A DNA stretch of 64,000 bases, from NCBI GenBank assembly GCA_051313645.2, contig JBNRSN020000002.1, positions 539,214,001-539,278,000 of the forward strand, given 5' to 3'. The notes under the pieces are model-generated. The model was not told the origin of the DNA, searched no databases, and saw only the letters and a program-made list of their open reading frames with translations. This document shows positions 61,776 through 64,000 of this stretch, one piece after another; position 1 is the first letter of the stretch; every line of letters begins with the position of its first letter. A program made the translations under genes and the position numbers. Source of the stretch: Centroscyllium fabricii. Lineage: Eukaryota.

Positions 61776-62045
61776 GGACCCAATTTTAACTCCAGGCGGA
61801 TTCCCCGCTCAGGCCTGAGTTAAAATTGCAGTCGGGTCTCGATGACGTCATCGGGCCGCAACATGCATATGTAAAGAAGAATCCCAGTTGGCTCCGGGCG
61901 TGTGTCCTTGCTGCCAGTTCAGGGGAGCGGGTTAAAATTGCAGAGGTTGCGATCATGGCGTTTTTCAGACAGGTAAGAGCCAGGGCGATTTCAACTGCCC
62001 TGCCCACCAGGTTTCTGCTGAGTGAGTAGAGTTAAAATCACCCCC
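61776..62045. mobile_element. Short MITE with ATTTTAACTC/GAGTTAAAAT inverted ends
   Basis: Inverted terminal 10-mers and internal GTTAAAATTGCAG repeats. Confidence 0.55.
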
Positions 62046-62069
62046 GATCATTATTAAATTTGTAATAAC

Positions 62070-64000
62070 AACAGAAAATGCTGGAAAAACTCAGCAGGCC
62101 AGGCAACATCCATGAACAGAGAAATAGAGTCAACGTTTTGGGTCGGGACCCTTTATCAAGACTGAAGCAGCAAAGAAATAAAACAGATTAGAAAGCCAGT
62201 AGAAGGCTGGGAGAGAACAAAGAAAAAAGAAAACAAACAAGAAAAGACATTAAGAGCTATTCAAAATGAGATGAGATGGTGATAGGACTATTGGAGACAG
62301 AAGATGGCTCTAGATTAGATGTGAAATGCGCTGGCAGATTGGGAGACAGCTGCCGTGTGGGAGAGAAAAAAAAAGTGGGGCCAAAACAAAGGTGTGGATA
62401 AAAATAAGTAAAAATATAATAGGGGCCGAGGTTATGATCTGAAATTGTTGAACTCGATATTGAGTCCGGAGGGCTGTAAAGTGCCTAATTGGACAATGAG
62501 GTGCTGTTCCTCGAGTTTACGCTGAGCCTCTGTGGAACAATGTAAGAGGCCACGGACAGTGAGGTCTGAGCGGGAGTGAAGCGGAGAATTAAAGTGACAG
62601 GCGACCAGAAGCTCAGGGTCACCCTTACGGACTGAACGGAGGTGTTCCGCAAAGCGGTCACCCAATCTGCGTTTGGTCGCACCAATGTAGAAGAGACCAC
62701 TTCATGAGCAGCGATTGCAGTATACTAAATTGCAAGAAGTATAAGTAAATCGCTGTTTCACCTGGAAGGGGTGTTTGGGGCTCTGGACAGTGGGAAGGGG
62801 GGGGCGTGTAAGGGGAGGTGTTGCATCTCCTGCGCTTGCATGGGAAGGTGCCGGTCGAAGGGGAAGGGGTGCTGGGTGTGATGGAGGAGTGGACTAGGGT
62901 GCCTCGGAGGGAGCGGTCCCTATGGTATGCTGAAAGGGGAGGGGAGAGAAGATGCGTTTTGTGGTGGGATCATGTTGGAGGTGGCGGAAACGGCGGAGCA
63001 TGATCCGTTGAATGTGGAGACTGGTGGGGTGAAAGGTGAGGACAAGTGGAACTCTATCGTGGTTCCGGGAGGGAGGGGCAGGGGCGAGGGCAGAAGTACG
63101 GGAGTTAGAACGGACCCAGTTGAGGGCCGTGTCAACCATGGTAGAGGAGAATCCTCAGTTGAGGAAAACGCAAGACATATCGGAAGCACTGGTGTGGAAG
63201 ATGGCATCATCAGAGCAGATGCGGTGGAGATTGAGAAGCTGGGAGAATGGAATAGAGTCCTTACAGGAGGCGGGGTGGGAGGAAGTGTAGTCCAGGTAGT
63301 GGGAGTCAGTGGGCTTGCAGTGAATGTTGGTCAATAACCTATCCCAAGAGATGGAGACGGAGAAGTCGAGGAAGGGAAGGGAAGAGTCGGAGATGGACCA
63401 TGTGAAGGTGAGGGAAGGGTGGAAATCGGAGGCAAAGTAAATGAAATTGTCGAGTTCAGGGCAAGAGCAGGAAACGGCACCGATACAGTCATCAATGTAC
63501 CAGAAAAAGAGGTGAGGGAGGGGACCCGAGTAGGACTGGAACAAAGAGTGTTCCACATATTCCATGAAAAGGCAGGCATAGCTCGGACCCATGCGGGTAC
63601 CCATAGCAACGCCTTTGATTTGGAGGAAATGAGCGGAATCAAAGGAGAAGTTGTTCAAAGTGAGAACAAGTTCAGCCAGGCAGAGGAGGGTGGTGGTGGA
63701 TGGGGACTGGTTGGGCCTCTGTTCAAGGATGAAGCGGAGCGCCCTCATGCCATCCTGGTGGGGGATGGAGGTGTAGAGAGATTGTACGTCCATGGTGAAA
63801 AGGAGGCAGTTGGGGACGGGAAACTGGAAACTGTTAAAGTGGCGGAAGGCATCCGAAGAGTCGCGGATGTAGGTGGGAAGAGACTGGACAAGGGGAGAAA
63901 AGATAGAGTTGAGATAGGAAGAGATAAGTTCCGTGGGGCAAGAACAGGCTGAAACGATGGGTCTACCAGGGCAGTCCTGTTTGTGGATCTTGGGAAGGAG
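62070..64000 (-). mobile_element. Penelope-like element: RT and GIY-YIG endonuclease (degenerate) plus 3' terminal region; continues past the window end
   Basis: MDVQSLYTSIPH, GVAMGTRMGPSYA and YIDD; RFAEHLRSV...HFN...GLNIEF. Confidence 0.92.

Overview
Eukaryotic, repeat-dense DNA from a cartilaginous fish (shark-like). This is inferred from HE1-type V-SINEs, SacSINE1-type DeuSINEs and abundant CR1 LINEs. The window is almost entirely intronic sequence of one minus-strand gene. Three exons join in frame (34566-34723, 26431-26579, 5139-5229) and encode the linker, the pre-catalytic helix and the start of a classical tyrosine phosphatase domain (KNRYRDILPY). The best fit is PTPN20 in its long PTPN13-like form; two weaker upstream exon candidates were also seen. 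The rest is mobile DNA, often nested: CR1 LINEs, a Gypsy LTR element, Penelope-like elements with hammerhead-like motifs, Harbinger-like and Tigger/pogo-like MITEs, SINEs and minisatellites. Top observations: (1) the Gypsy element has no tRNA-type PBS, and its PBS position is a perfect 13-nt complement of its own LTR poly(A)-signal segment; (2) a coding exon begins AG|GTAAGC, a recursive-splice-site signature; (3) a 1.24-kb Penelope palindrome with a 13-bp TSD; (4) a 3.3-kb array built from the CR1 3' terminal hairpin. Family names come from recalled consensus features, not database searches. Repeat boundaries are approximate unless a TSD or TIR is quoted.
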